In this document: positions 1-12,992 of the stretch, in pieces
Numbering within the stretch: position 1 is the stretch's first letter
Layout of the letters: the number at the start of each line of letters is the position of its first letter
Origin: Octopus vulgaris
Lineage: Eukaryota
Direction: 5' to 3'
Length of the DNA stretch: 64,000 nt
NCBI GenBank assembly: GCA_951406725.2
Contig: OX597818.1
Coordinates: forward strand, 48,918,001 to 48,982,000
The notes under the pieces: model-generated
Database searches by the model: none
What the model saw: only the letters and a program-made list of their open reading frames with translations
What the model was told of the DNA's origin: nothing
Position numbers and translations under genes: made by a program

Positions 1-43
1 ACTAGACGAAACTCAACCAGTGAACATTATTATAAAGGTACTA

Positions 44-454
44 GGATCTTTTCAGTTTGAACGGCAGTTTTTTAAAATAATTTCCACGTAACTAAACACT
101 TTAAAACTTCGTATACTGGTAGAATGTGTTTATAAAACATCTTTTTCTCTTGGCTTTATTGAGAAAATTCTATAGTTTGTAAGATATTTGTTGTTTTTTT
201 TCTTCAGTTTCTGTAATTTCAACCAATCAATGACGTCTATTGAGGTGAAAACATTCTGTGCCGTATGAAAATGTCCCTTGTTTAAGAAACAGATTGGGTT
301 TATTTACATTTCTGAAGAAAAAAAGATACCCTTCCCCTCACCCCTAACCCTAAAATAGATAGAAATGCAATAGATCGATACTAGGGTCATAATTATGGGT
401 GACAATTTCATATGACACCGCTAGAAAAAACTGCCATTCAAACCGAAAAGATCC
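44..454. mobile_element. MITE with ~30-bp TIRs and 8-bp TSD (Merlin-like)
   Basis: TIR GGATCTTTTCAGTTTGAACGGCAGTTTTTT (44-73) matches AAAAAACTGCCATTCAAACCGAAAAGATCC (425-454); AGGTACTA duplicated at 36-43 and 455-462; GG termini. Confidence 0.85.
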
Positions 455-459
455 AGGTA

Positions 460-490
460 CTAGACTTCCCGTGACCCGTTGGGTCACTGA
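460..490 (-). mobile_element. Helitron-like 3' terminus
   Basis: Minus strand has hairpin GTGACCC-AAC-GGGTCAC, 7 nt, then CTAG|T. Confidence 0.5.
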
Positions 491-1458
491 CAATTCAAGT
501 TATAAAACACTGAAGCTGATTGCAACATTGCATTGAAATGAAAGTTAATTTTATGATGATTCAGTTAAATATTTCAATCCGTTTGTGTCATCTCAGGTCT
601 GGTTTACAAGTTCATGTTTAAGGTTTTATTGATTATTTACAGCATCTAATAGAAACAGAACTTCCAGGATAAACTCAAACTCCAATAACAGCATTTATTT
701 ATGGCATATGGGCTCACTTCAACAAAAATGCAAAAGGAATTGTTATATAACGTAAACATAAAATTAATGGAAACAATTTTTCGCAGTATTATCTGTTCCC
801 CTGTTCCAATTTATGTAAAACTTGTTTTATTCCATTTGTATTTACGTTTCAAGGGTAACTTACTTTTAGAGTATTTTTCTATTATGCACTGGTTTGGCTG
901 TTTTAAACTACAGAAAAGCATGCATGCAAGCAAGCAATCGCAAAATTTTAGTAGTATGTAGCTAGATAGATAATTAAAATGAATTAATCGGGTTTACATT
1001 TATGTTATTGTTGCTTAGCTCCAGGTCAACCTTGATCAAGCAGATCTCTGATGAAAGGAGTCCCAGCTATGACCATAGTTTTTTTTTTGTTTTCATTTAT
1101 CTAGGACCACCTTTGAAAATATCTTCTTTTTCAAGGTAGGCATAATTTGAAGGCGATTTAACTGCTATTTCTAGCAGACCTAGTGATTGTTCTAGTGTTT
1201 TTAAAGCAATGTCATTTGAGCAGCTGTATTGTCATGCACAATCTTTCTTCAGTCACTCCCTATATGAACTTTTCTCATCACCATAGCCATTGTGAAACCC
1301 ACTCGGTGACAATAAATGATAATTATTGAATATCAAATGTCACATTTGTATACTTGTTAGTTTATGATTTCTGTTTAATTATTCTGTTAATTAACAAAAA
1401 CACAAAAATAACATCATTCAGTGTGAAATATTCTTTATTATTGACATTTACTTTGCAG

Positions 1459-1734
1459 GAATCAGTACAACATGTCAGTTCAACACCTATCATCCCTCCA
1501 GAACATTGTGATTCCCATGTTTCAAAATACTCAAGTAATATGGATATATGTCGCATTTGTCACTGCGAAGGAGAAACAGAAGCTCCACTTGTAGCGCCAT
1601 GCATATGTTCTGGCAGTTTGCGATGGGTGCACCAAGCTTGTCTACAAAAATGGATTAAAAGTGCAGATACTAAATCATGTGAACTATGTAAATTTGAATT
1701 CATCATGACAACGAAAGTAAAGCCATTCCAAGAG
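1459..1734 (+). CDS. MARCHF8: RING-CH exon of a MARCHF1/8-like E3 ubiquitin ligase (5' exons lie outside the window or were not recognised)
   Basis: ttgcAG acceptor and GAG|GTGAGA donor, phase 0-0; DICRICHCEG...APCICSGSLRWVHQACLQKWIKSADTKSCELCKFEF is a C4HC3 RING-CH. Confidence 0.93.
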
Positions 1735-1774
1735 GTGAGAAAAACTTTGTTTTTTAAATACTATATATATAGGC

Positions 1775-2040
1775 TCAGGTGTGGCTGTGAGGTAAGAAAT
1801 TTCCTTCCTAATCACATGGATTTGATCGCCAGAAATGTTAGCGTGCCAGGTGAAATGCTTATCGGTATTTCATCTGCCATTATGTTCTGAGTTCAAATTC
1901 CGCCGAGGTCGACTTTGCCTTTCATCCCTTCGGGGTTGATAAATTAAGTACCAGTTATGCACTGGGGTTGATGTAATCGACTTAATCCCCTCGTTTGTCC
2001 CCTCTATGTTTAGCCCCTCGTGGGCTGTAAAGAAATAAGA
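1775..2040 (+). mobile_element. SINE: family B head fragment followed by family A body
   Basis: GTGGCTGTGAGGTAAG head, then GAGTTCAAATTCCGCCGAGGTCGACTTTGCCTTTCATCC core shared with the 9230, 9457 and 28119 copies. Confidence 0.75.
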
Positions 2041-2064
2041 AACTGCTGTGTGTGTGTGTGTATC

Positions 2065-2580
2065 TCTTTTTACTCTTTTACTTGTTTCAGTCATTTGACT
2101 GTGGCCATGCTGGAACACTGCTTTGAAGGGTTTTAGTCAAACAAATCGCCACCAGGTCTTATTTCTTAAGCCTAGTGCTTATTCTATTGGTCTCTTTTTG
2201 TCAAACCACTGAGTTATGAGGATGTAAACACAGAAGCACCAGTTGTCAAGCATTGAGGGGTATGACAAACACAACACAAAGATACACACACACACACATA
2301 TATATATACACATACATACATACATATACATATGTGTGTATGTGTGTGTGTGTATCTATGTATGTGTGCCTTTGTGTTTGTGTTGCATTCATCCCCCATC
2401 ACTGCATGACAACCAATGTCAGTTTGTTTACATCCCCATAAGTTAGCAGTCTGGCAAAAGAGACTGATTGAGTAAATACAGGCTCAAAAAAATAAGTACT
2501 GGGGTTGATTCATTCGACTAAAAGGCAGTGCTCCAGCATGGCTGCAATCTGATGATTAATACAAATAAAAGGATAAAATA
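2065..2580. mobile_element. Two back-to-back SINE B 3' halves around a (CA/TA/TG) microsatellite
   Basis: CTTGTTTCAGTCATTTGACTGTGGCCATGCTGG (minus-strand tail) and CTCCAGCATGGCTGCA (plus-strand tail). Confidence 0.7.
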
Positions 2581-3264
2581 TTAAAATATATATATATATA
2601 TATATCATTCACACACTACCATGTGTGAATAATATTCGTAAGGTCAACTTTTACCCACTCGTGACCACTTCTAGGATTTGTCACTAACTCAGTTTTTAAC
2701 CAAATTTGATGATGTTTACATTTTTAGATTGGTCACATCCTAAGCTATATTTCCAGCTACAAAATTTGAAAATTGCTTCAGTAGAATAAAAGTTTCTGTA
2801 AAATATGTCAAAAACAGATTCCAAATATTTGTTTTAAAGAAATCTATATTTTATTTTAACTTATATGATAGATCTCAATGAGAGGAATCCATCCATGTTA
2901 CTTATATGCAAAAATATTCAGTAGAAAAAAAGTACTGAGGTAAAAACTAGCGCAAAAAATAGAGATTAATGTCTAGAATTGCCTGAAATCAACCTTGACT
3001 CCAAATATTATTCTTATTTCAAAACAAAACTATATTTAAATTCAACTCCTCTGATAGATATCCACTAGAGGAATCTGATGATACCAATTATATCAAAAAA
3101 ATTTTTTTGATAAAAACTACTGGGGCCAAGTGACCCGTAAAATGTGGTAATGCCTAAAATTGAATTCAGAACCTAAAAACTATTTTTTACCTCATATGAT
3201 AGAACTCATCAAGATGAGTGTCATGATGCTAATCTTTTCAAAAAATATCATTTACACATGGTAG

Positions 3265-3660
3265 TCATCATCATCATTTAACATCCGCTTTCCATGCTGG
3301 CATGGGTTGAATGATTTGACTGAGGTCTGGCAAACCAGACTCCAATCTGATTTGGCAATGTTTCTACAGCTGGATGCCCTTCCTAACGTCAACCACTCCA
3401 AGAGTGTAGTGGGTGCTTTTACATGCCACCGGCACGAGGACCAGTTTGGTGGTACTGGCAACGGCCACGTCCAAATGGTGCATTTTACGTGCCACCTGCA
3501 CAGGAGCCAGTCCAGCGGCACTGGCGATGTCCTCGCTCGAATGTTTCACGTACCACCAGCACAAGTGCTAGTAAGGCGACACAGTAACGATCACGCTCAA
3601 GGCCAGTTTGTTGCTCAAGCAACGATCTCACTCATATGGTACTCTTAGTGCTCCAAGAGT
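3265..3660 (-). mobile_element. RTE LINE 3' tail
   Basis: (CAT)n tail + TTTCCATGCTGGCATGGGTTG...CAGCTGGATGCCCTTCCTAACG, as in the 3' UTR of the longer RTE copies. Confidence 0.8.
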
Positions 3661-3984
3661 AGCGTGTGAATAATATTCTTAAGGTTAACATTTACTCACT
3701 CACATCCACTTCTAGGCTTTGTCACTAACTCAGTTTTTAACAAAATTTGATGATGTTTGCATTTTTAGATTAGTCACATCATAAGCTACATTTTGGGTTA
3801 AAATTTTGAAAATTGGTTCTTTGCCTTTTATCTTTACGGTACTCCATAAAATCAGTATCACTGAGCTCATTCTGCCAAAATTGGAAACCAATATTGCAAA
3901 ATGTTTGATTCAATCCAGTATTTCAGTATCTTGCAAAGATCTACCTCATATTCATAGAATACACTATATTGTAATAAATATAAA

Positions 3985-4316
3985 CCCCCTTCGGTCATGA
4001 ATGAACATGGGATTGCACCTAGAAAGTTACCCTCCTAGACACAAGTCCGGGCAAGGTTGTTTATGGAAGACCAGCAGTCGCCTATGCATACCAGCCTCCC
4101 CTCTCCACGCCACCAGTGTTATCCAAGGGAAAGACAAAGGTCGATACAGCTTGGCACCTGTGACGTCGCAACTCATTTCTACAGCTGAGTGAACTGGAGC
4201 AACGTGAAAATAAAGTGCTTTGCTCAAGAACACAACACGCAGCAGGACCAGGATTCGAGCTCACAACCTCACGATCGTAAGCTCGACGCTCTAACCACTG
4301 ACCCATGCGCCTTCAG
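3985..4316 (-). mobile_element. tRNA-derived SINE (family D variant)
   Basis: Minus strand GGCGCATGGGTCAGTGGTTAGAGCG A-box and GAGCTCGAATCC B-box-like; second copy at 42805-43130. Confidence 0.75.
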
Positions 4317-4974
4317 TAATAAATATATATTGTAATAAATATCCTTCACACACGGCAGTGTATGAATGATATTCTTAAGGTCGACATTTACTTACTTGCA
4401 ACCACTTCTAGGTTTTGTCACTAATTCAGTTTTTTTTTTTGTTTTTTTTTTTTTACCAAATTTGATGATGTTTATACATTTTTAGATTGGTCACCTCCTA
4501 AGCTACATTTTGAAAAAACAAAATTTGAAATTTGGTTCTGTAGAAAAAAAGTCAAGATTTCAAATATGTGAGGTCAAAAAGGGGAGAATAACACTGGAAA
4601 TTGACTTCAAGGATATACATGAGATGCTGCATGCATACTTTTGTAAACACACACACACACGCATACGCATACGCACACATGCACATAAGTAACTTTTAAA
4701 ATGCTCATGAGAGGAAACAAAGGTTAATGTGACGAATAAGTAGCTTTAAGGAGAGAGGTGGTAAGTTGACAACAATTGATGACAAGTGGACTCTTTTCTG
4801 CTGTCCATAGTAAATAAACTCTCATACACACACACACACACACATGCTTATTGCAGAAAAATGTTACTGAGGTTTAAAGTTTAATCATTTTTCGCCTAAT
4901 CAGGAAACAGGATTTGGAAACTGGCATTTTCTGCATGATAGCTGTCTATCGCAAAATGAAAGCAAAAATCATTA

Positions 4975-5185
4975 TACTCTTACTTGTTTCAGTCATTTGA
5001 CTGCGGCCATGCTGGAGCACCGCCTTTAGTCGAGCAACTCGACCCCGGGACTTATTCTTTGTAAGCCCAGTACTTATTCTATCGGTCTCTTTTGCCGAAC
5101 CGCTAAGTGACGGGGGACATAAACACACCAGCATCAGTTGTCAAGCAATGCTAGGGGGACAAACACAGACACACAAACACACACG

Positions 5186-5243
<58 letters not shown>

Positions 5244-5390
5244 TACGATGGGCTTCTTTCAGTTTCCGTCTACCAAATCCATTCACAAGGCTTTGGTTGG
5301 CCCGAGGCTATAGTAGAAGACACTTGCCCAAGGTGCCACGCAGTGGGACTGAACCCGGAACCATGTGGTTGGTTACTTACCACACAGCCA
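4975..5390 (-). mobile_element. SINE family B (CORE-like) with internal TA microsatellite
   Basis: GTGGCACCTTGGGCAAGT core and GACTGAAACAAGTAAGAG tail on the minus strand. Confidence 0.85.
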
Positions 5391-6249
5391 GAGGGGGGAA
5401 TTTTTATTAAATAAATGAAAGTAAAGCATTACAGTGACCAAAGTTGTAAGAACTTCTGAAGTTTTAATAAGTTTTTGTTTGCTTTCAAACTTTAATTCAG
5501 AATTTAGATTATAATTTCTTAGAGTAAATTGACAAGGTGTTTGCTTTCAGACAGTATGATTGGATTTTCAGTGTAGCAGGATTCAGATATTTTATTTTCA
5601 GACAAGAACAGTAGCTGAATTGCAAGCTTCATTTTTATTTTGCATGAATTTCAACTCACAAACCAACTTTGCTCTAACAAGGGCAGGTGGCTCCTCCTGC
5701 CTTATGGTGGATAGATTGGCTATTTTTGCATTTTTAAAATCATTTTTATATTAGCCAATGCAATTAAACCCTGTCCAGATAACTTTGTTCTTTTTAGAAT
5801 TTAAGAAAAAATATGTGAAAATTAAAGAAACACAGCATTAAATTTTTATTTCAATTCAATCATCAACAATGAAAAATAATTCAAATATTTTTATTGCATT
5901 GCCTGGAAAAGATGTGGATTATAAGGAAAAATGTGGGCACATGTTAATATTCTTAAGTTATTACTGCTGGAAAAGTACAGAACAAGATTTCTACAGTAGA
6001 ATTTGCCTAATTCGTCACCTCTAAAGCAAACTAAGAAGTACTTAAAATTAAAATTCTACTGTACTTAAAATAGATTATATTAGATAAATGTGGGATAATT
6101 TATTTTTTCTATTATGAGAATCTAAAAAACAAATCTTTAAAAACATAATCAAAAACAAGTTTTAAACAAAAACATTTTTTAAAATCATGTCTTTTATACA
6201 ATTAAAATAGTCTTTTTATTCAGTTGTACAAACAATAAAATATTAAGTT

Positions 6250-6700
6250 CATCATCATCATCATCATCATCATTTAATGTCCCCTTTCCATGCTAGCATG
6301 TATTGGACGATTTGACTGAGGACTGGCGAACCAGATAGCTGCACGAGGCTCCAATCTGATCTGGCAGAGTTTCTACAGCTGGATGCCCTTCCTTGCGCCA
6401 ACCACTCCGAGAGTGTAGTGAGTGCTTTTGCGTGCTACCGGCATGAGGGCCAGTCAGGCGGTACTGGCAATGGCCACACTCAAATGGTGCTTTGTACGTT
6501 CCACCTACACAGGAGCCAATCCAGCGGCACTGGTAACGATCACGCTCGAATGGTGCTCTTTATGTGCCACCGGTACGGAAGCCAGTTGGCTGCTCCGGCA
6601 ATGATCACACTCGGATGGTGCTCTTAGCACTCCACTAGCACGGATGCCAGTCATAGAATTTGATTTTGATTTCGATTTCACTTGCTCCAACAGGTCTTCG
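6250..6700 (-). mobile_element. RTE LINE 3' tail
   Basis: (CAT)n tail and RTE 3' UTR modules. Confidence 0.8.
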
Positions 6701-6999
6701 GAAAAATCCCATCACACACAAAAAATACATTGATTGCAGTAGAATGGTCATTAAATGGTTTCAAATCAAACATATGTTCAGTCAACTAATGCATGTGTTA
6801 ATTATTGGCATAGTTACCCTCCTGAGATACAAATTTAATTTGAGCATAGGCTTAAAGATACACTTTTGGGTGAATTGATTATATGGATCCCTTTACATGG
6901 CTGGTACTTATTTTATTGATCTTGAAAGGATGAAGGGCTGAGTCTACCTTGGTAGGATTCAAACTCAGAATATAGAGGAACATAAATGAATACAAGATC

Positions 7000-8335
7000 T
7001 AAATACAATCTAGCAAAAACCAAAATCTTAGTAAGTAGGAAGGTAGACAAATCACAAATCCCTTCAGGTAGATGGCCCTGCTTGATCTGTAGAAAAGGCG
7101 TAGGTAGAAACTCCATAAGATGTACCCAGTGTAAGCTGTGGACACATAAGAGGTGCAGCAATATCAAAGGAAGGCCAACTGAGAAGATAATCTTTGTGTG
7201 TGGCAAATGCTCAGGGGAAATAAACACTGAAAATGTGCAGAAAACAGCTTGCATCACATTCCAGGGAGAAAAACTAGAAGTAGTTGATAGCTTCCGTTAC
7301 CTAGGTGACCAAGTCTGTAGCGGGGATGAATGCTCAGAGAGTGTAGCTGCTTGAATAAGAATAGCCTGGTTAAAGTTCAGAGAGTTCCTACCTCTGCTGG
7401 TAACAAAGGGCCTCTCACTTAGATTAAAAGGCAGACTGTATGACACATGTATGTGAACAGCTATGCTACATTGCAGTGAAACATGGGCTGTGACTGCTGA
7501 GGACATGTGTAAGCTTGCAAGGAATGAAGCTAGTATGCCCCACTGGATGTATAACATCAGTGTGCATACACGACAGTGTTAGCACCCTGAGAGAAAAATT
7601 GGATGTAAGAAGCATCAGATGTGGTGTGCAAGAGAGACGACTGTGCTTGTATGGTCATGTGTTGCGAATGGATGAGGACAGCTGTGTGCAAAAGTGTCAC
7701 ATCCTAGCAGTAGAGGGAACCTGTGGAAGAGGTAGACCCAGGAAAACCTGAGATGAGGGGGTGAAGCACAACCTTTGAACATTGGGTCTCAAGGAGGCAA
7801 TGATGAGTGACTGAGACCTTTGGAGATATGCTGTGCTTGGGAAGACCTGGCAAGCCAAGTGAGACCATAACCATGACCTATGATAGTGCAGCATAACTGG
7901 CCCATTTAAGAGTACTCTTCAATCATTGGGCAATGAACTGTGCTTGAGAAGACCTGTTGAGTCAAGTGAAATCATTGTTGTGGCCAATGCCAGTACTGCC
8001 CTTCTTGGCACCCATGCTGGTAGCATGTAAAAAGCACCGTTTGAGCGTGGTCGTTGCCAGTGCCACCTGACTGACTCCCATTCTGGTGGCACTTAAAATG
8101 CACCATTCAAGCCTGGTCGATGCCAGTATCGCCTGACTGACCCTCATGCCGGTGGCACATAAAAAGCACCCACTACACTCTCAGCGTGGCTGGCATTAGG
8201 AAGGACATCCAGCTGTAGAAACCTTGCCAGATCAGATTGGAGCCATTTTACAGCCTTCTGGCTTGCCAACCTTCGGTCAAACCGTCCAACCCATGCCAGC
8301 ATGGAAAGCAGACGTTAAACGATGATGATGAAAAT
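7000..8335 (+). mobile_element. 5'-truncated, degenerate RTE-clade LINE (RT C-terminus and 3' UTR)
   Basis: WPCLICRKGVGRNSIRCTQCKLWTHKRCS, LEVVDSFRYLG, YGHVLRM...GRGRPRKT with stops and frameshifts; (GAT)n tail. Confidence 0.9.
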
Positions 8336-9229
8336 GATGTGTTGTCTGTCATGTAACTGATTTTAGCAATTCATTATTTTAGCACGTGATGGACTCTGTT
8401 TCAGTGTGGACAATAGTTTTCACTCCTACAGTAGCCTGTCACTTTGGCTCAACATTTTCATATCATTTTACATTCTTCTGTTCCCCTGCCAAACTATATT
8501 ATGTATAATGCCAATCATATGTAATTTAAGAAAAAATATTTTTGAGCTTTGGTATCAGAGTACAATCATAGTTATCTCCATTGTTGGTTCTTAACTGCTT
8601 TTTTCTTTTTCTTTCATTTATCATACGTAAAACATGTTCATGGCTTTAATATTCAGTCCAAGGTCAATATTGGTCGAAAAGACTTATGACTCATAAATTT
8701 GTTTGCTAAACCATTAAATGTAGTCTAGTTGGTAATTGTATAGAATGTAATATGGTAGTGTGGGTTGGGTGTGTTTCATTCCCTCCATTATATAGTCTGC
8801 TTCTGTACACCTGTACAAAAAAAGACTGACCTCAATGGAGATGGGTAAGATCATCTCAGTCAGAGCGTGACGCTTTACCTCTGAGTTTATTCGTGCTTGC
8901 AGTTAATGAGGTTACTGTTCCGCTGTTATTTTTGGATTGCTTGCGTGTTTTTTTTAAGTTTGCCTGCACTCAGTTGGAGAGATATTGCTCTTAAGAAAGA
9001 TGGTGTCGTAGTATTATGGGATGTTAATATGGCTCTGAATATGATTGAGCCTGTAATGGTAGGGGCTATTGGGGTTAGAGCTTGTAAGGATTGTGTCCCT
9101 TTCACGTTCGTAGTATTTTATTCTTTGGTCTGTGGATATGGTCTGTTGTCACCTGCACAGGTTTATATGTTTGTAGTTTATTGTGGAGAGAGTGAGGACT
9201 AGCATAAGTCATGATATATTGTTTGTACA

Positions 9230-9690
9230 AGGCGGTGAGCTGGCAGAAATGTTAGTACACCGAGCAAAATGCTTAGCTATATTTCGTCTGTCTTTACACT
9301 CTGAGTTCAAATTCCGCTGTGGTCAACTTTGCCTTTCATCCTTTTTGGGTCGATAAATTAAGTACCAGTTGCGTATTTGGGTTGATCTAATTGACTGGCC
9401 CCCTCCCCCAAAATTTCAGGCTTTGTGCCTAGAGTAGAAAAGCATATAATGTTTGAAGGCGGCGGTGAGCTGGTAGAAACGTTAGCACGCCGGGCGAAAT
9501 GCTTAGCAGTATTTCGTCTGCCGCTACGTTCTGAGTTCAAATTCCGCCGAGGTCGACTTGGCCTTTCATCCTTTCGGGGTCGATAAATTAAGTACCAGTT
9601 ATGCACTGGGGTCGATGTAATCGGCTTAATCCGTTTGTCCTTGTTTTTGTCCCCTCTGTGTTTAGCCACTTGTGGGTAGTTAAGAAATAT
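9230..9690 (+). mobile_element. Two tandem SINE family A copies
   Basis: GGCGGTGAGCTGG heads at 9231 and ~9461; flanking ATAT(A/T)ATGTTTG-like target duplications. Confidence 0.85.
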
Positions 9691-10374
9691 ATAATGTTTG
9701 TACAGCAATCTTCTTGTTCATTGTCAATTCATCATCATAACCATCATTTTATTGTGGTATGAATACTTATGGCCAAACACGATGTCCATAAATGCTCCAA
9801 TTGTGTTTGGGAACAGTATTCCTAATATTTTTGTTTTTTGTGTGTCTTGTTTACATTTTGGGTGCGATTATTGTATTTGATGTTCTTTGATCTTGTCAGA
9901 ATTTCATACTGAATGAACATGGCAGATTCTGCTTTATCTAAGTCTTTTGTTTTGGAACCAAGTTGATTTGATTAATGTGTCATCGGAATAGTTGTGTAAC
10001 AGTATCTGCTGAGTGACTGGGGGATTTATTGATGTCATCTGTATATAAAGTTGTGTATACATTTCACAAAGGTGGCATGTCTTTGTGTTACTACTTCAAA
10101 GGTGTTTTTGTTGGGTTTTTAAATTTGAATGGTTTTACCCAGTTTAACCCCTCCTGTTAAACCATTTTTTTCCCCCAACCAGTTGCCATGCTTGACCACT
10201 AAATCCACAAGTTTCTTTTTTATTCTCTCTCTGTTTATTTTCTCTTATTCCTTTCTGTTGAAGAGTGTAGGCTCAAAATGTAAAAGACTCTCTCACTTTT
10301 CCGAGTGTCAAGCTAATACACCTGTCTTCGTCTTTTTGTTTTTCTGTAAATTTCATCTCTCTCTCTCTCTCTCA

Positions 10375-10655
10375 GTGGTTAGGGCAGCAGACTTGCGGTC
10401 GTAGGATCGCGGTTTCGATTCCCAGACCGGGCGTTGTGAGTGTTTGTTGAGCTAAACACCTAAAGCTCCACGAGGCTCTGGCAGGGGCTGGTGGCGATCC
10501 CTGCTGTACTCTTTCGTCACAACTTTCTCTCACTCTTTCTTCTGTTGGCCTGCCCGCTTAGCCAGCGGGGTGGCGTCCTTTGAAGGCTAAAACAATGAGA
10601 AGCGCATTGTGACCAGCGATGTATAGCAACATCTGATAGCCTGGTCGGTCAGGGT
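10375..10655 (+). mobile_element. tRNA-derived SINE family E
   Basis: GTGGTTAGGGCAG...GGTTTCGATTCCC head; near-identical minus copy at 27230-27685. Confidence 0.8.
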
Positions 10656-11119
10656 GATATATATATGTATGTATGTATAGATAATGTGTGTGTATATGTA
10701 TATATGAATAGTTGAAGATGTTTAGTGAGTGCAGTGATTCCTTCAGGGTGAAAGTTTCTTAAGTGTGTGCTCAAAATTTTATTAGTTTGCAGCTTGTTGG
10801 ATTTCTCTGTTGCTTTTCTGGTTTCTGATGTAAGGAATAATTCAAAGTTCAGGTCCAAATTTAAATTAAATTATATATAATATATGTGTTCCAGTTTTCA
10901 TAGTGTAGATTTTGGAGTTTTTGTTGGGTTTTTAAATTGTGTTGGGTTTTACAATTAGATCGACCCCAGTCGATCTATTTCACTGGCCCCCTTCCCCCAA
11001 ATTTTGGGCCTTGTGCCTAGAGTACAAAAGACTATTTTACAACTATAATATTATGTCAAGACTAGGAAACAAACACACACACACACATACATACAATGGG
11101 CTTCTTTCAATTTTCGACT

Positions 11120-11520
11120 TCGCCTTACTGGCACTTGTGCCCCATGCTAGTAGGGTGCTAAGAGCACCATTTGAACGTGGTCGTTGCCAGAGCAGCTAAC
11201 TGGCTTCCATGCCGGTGGCATGTAGGAGGCACCATTCGAGCGGGATTGTTACCAGCACTGCCTTACTGGCACCTGTGTCGTTGGCATGTGTAAAAAAAAA
11301 AAAAATTCGAGCAAAGTGTTGCCAGTGCCGTCTGACTGGCCCCCGTGCCGGTGGCACGTAAAAGCACCCACTACACTCTCGGAGTGGTTGGCGTTAGGAA
11401 GGGCATCCAGCTGTAGAAACTCTGCCAGATCATGACTGGAGTCTGGTGCAGCCATCTGGTTCGCCAGCCCACAGTCAAACCGTCCAACCCATGGAAAGCG
11501 GACATTAAACGATGATGATG
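11120..11520 (+). mobile_element. RTE LINE 3' tail inserted in a SINE B
   Basis: GGTTGGCGTTAGGAAGGGCATCCAGCTGTAG...GATGATGATG. Confidence 0.8.
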
Positions 11521-12289
11521 AAATCCACTCAGACTTTGATTGTCTTGAGCCTATAGTTGAAGATACTTGGTAAAGGTGCCTTGCAGTTACACCTGCACCT
11601 ATACCTGCTTATGTTGTCTCGTAAGGTATGCTTTTTGGATTGTTGTGCTGCCGAGTTGCACAGGTTCCATCAGGACATTTTGAAGTTTCAGAAACTGCTT
11701 TTGTTTAGCTCAACAATGTCCATGTTGTAACGAAGAGCAGATGGTTTGAGAAAAGTTGAGGGATTGTGTTGTTTAGTGGTTGTGCTAGGTATCTGTGTGT
11801 GTGTGTGTGTGAACAGAACAGAGAGTGATATTTGAGAAGAATTATAGTCATTAACTTGGTTAGTTACATGGGTTATTGTGGCTTGTTTTAGATGCTGATG
11901 GAGGCAGTAGTGATGCTAGTATTACATGTATTGTTTTGGTACCGGGATCTGTTGTGCCCATTGAACTCTTCTTCAATCTAGGTTTTAAGAATTATATTAA
12001 GGTATTGCAGTGATATACATTGTCTAGTGAAACAAATGCTGTTCAATACCAAGTAAGACTTGATTAAACAGACCTTTTATCTACTCATAGCAGTCATGAC
12101 AATCCAATCTTTTATTCAGACATAGCATACCTAAGACTGCAACTTACTCTTTTTTTTTTAAGAAACCAGATTTGAGGAAGAATTACTTCATTTTTCTTGC
12201 AAGTGGGGGGATCACAGAGGCTTTCTTATTGGTTTGTGTGGTGGGACGATTAGGTATATGATGTATTTTTGTTTTATTATTTTGGTATT

Positions 12290-12418
12290 TTTTTTTCATT
12301 TTCATCTAGTTTCAGCTCACGAGCTGTGGCCATGCTGGGGCACCGCCATTAGAATAATAATAACTGCGTCAGCCAGGAGTCGAACCCAGATAGACTGCTT
12401 GGAAGGCAACCATCCTTG
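12290..12418 (-). mobile_element. tRNA-Gly(TCC)-derived short SINE fragment
   Basis: Minus strand TGCCTTCCAAGCAG...GGGTTCGACTCCTGGCTGACGCA resembles the 3' two-thirds of tRNA-Gly-TCC; then (TTA)n and a SINE-B-like tail. Confidence 0.65.
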
Positions 12419-12477
12419 TTGGTTTGTATTTTGAATGCAAACCACATGTTTCTTTATCAAACGTTTCAAAAATAAAA

Positions 12478-12992
12478 GAATCTTTTAGATGAGACAATCA
12501 GCTATTGGCCGATATATAACTGTAATCAACGAGTTAATTAATATTGATTAAAATGAAACATTATAGTGTAATTAAGAAAGATAATCATTGTAATACTGAC
12601 TTCTTAGATGAGGAATTAGACAAAGACCATTTAAAATTCCATGAAATATAGATGAGGTAAAATCACATTCAGTAAAAGTAAATCAATAAATAAATAAATT
12701 TATTATTGGAGAAAGATGTAGGAATGCTATGAGATTCTTTGAAGAAGCATCTCCCAGTACTCTTATACCCTTACTCAAATAGCTAATTTTTATTTATTTG
12801 TTTTTGATTGAATGTGGTACTACCTCATCTATATGTCTTCAAATCTCAAACGGTTTTTGCTTAATTTTTTTCTTCTTGGCAGAAGCCGGGACTATGATAT
12901 CCATCTTTATCAGAGAGCAACACATCATTTTAATCTATCTTAATTAACTTGTTGATTGTGTCTAAAAGCTAATCATCCCATCCAACAGATTC
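12478..12992. repeat. Old, diverged fold-back (~250-bp arms)
   Basis: ATATAGATGAGGTA vs TACCTCATCTATAT and AATCAACGAGTTAATTAA vs TTAATTAACTTGTTGATT in mirrored positions. Confidence 0.65.

Larger units (their letters stand above)
2620..4545 (+). repeat. Three copies of a ~180-bp unit (2620, 3664, 4358) interrupted by SINE/RTE insertions
   Basis: Shared TGTGAATAATATTC...CCACTTCTAGG...TTTGTCACTAACTCAGTTTTT...TTTAGATTGGTCACATCCTAAGCTAC. Confidence 0.8.

Noticed and set aside
341-354. Telomere repeat
   Set aside because: About two units, internal to a MITE
1354-1890. 178-aa ORF as a single-exon gene
   Set aside because: Both ends run through intron and SINE sequence; only 1459-1734 is bounded by splice sites
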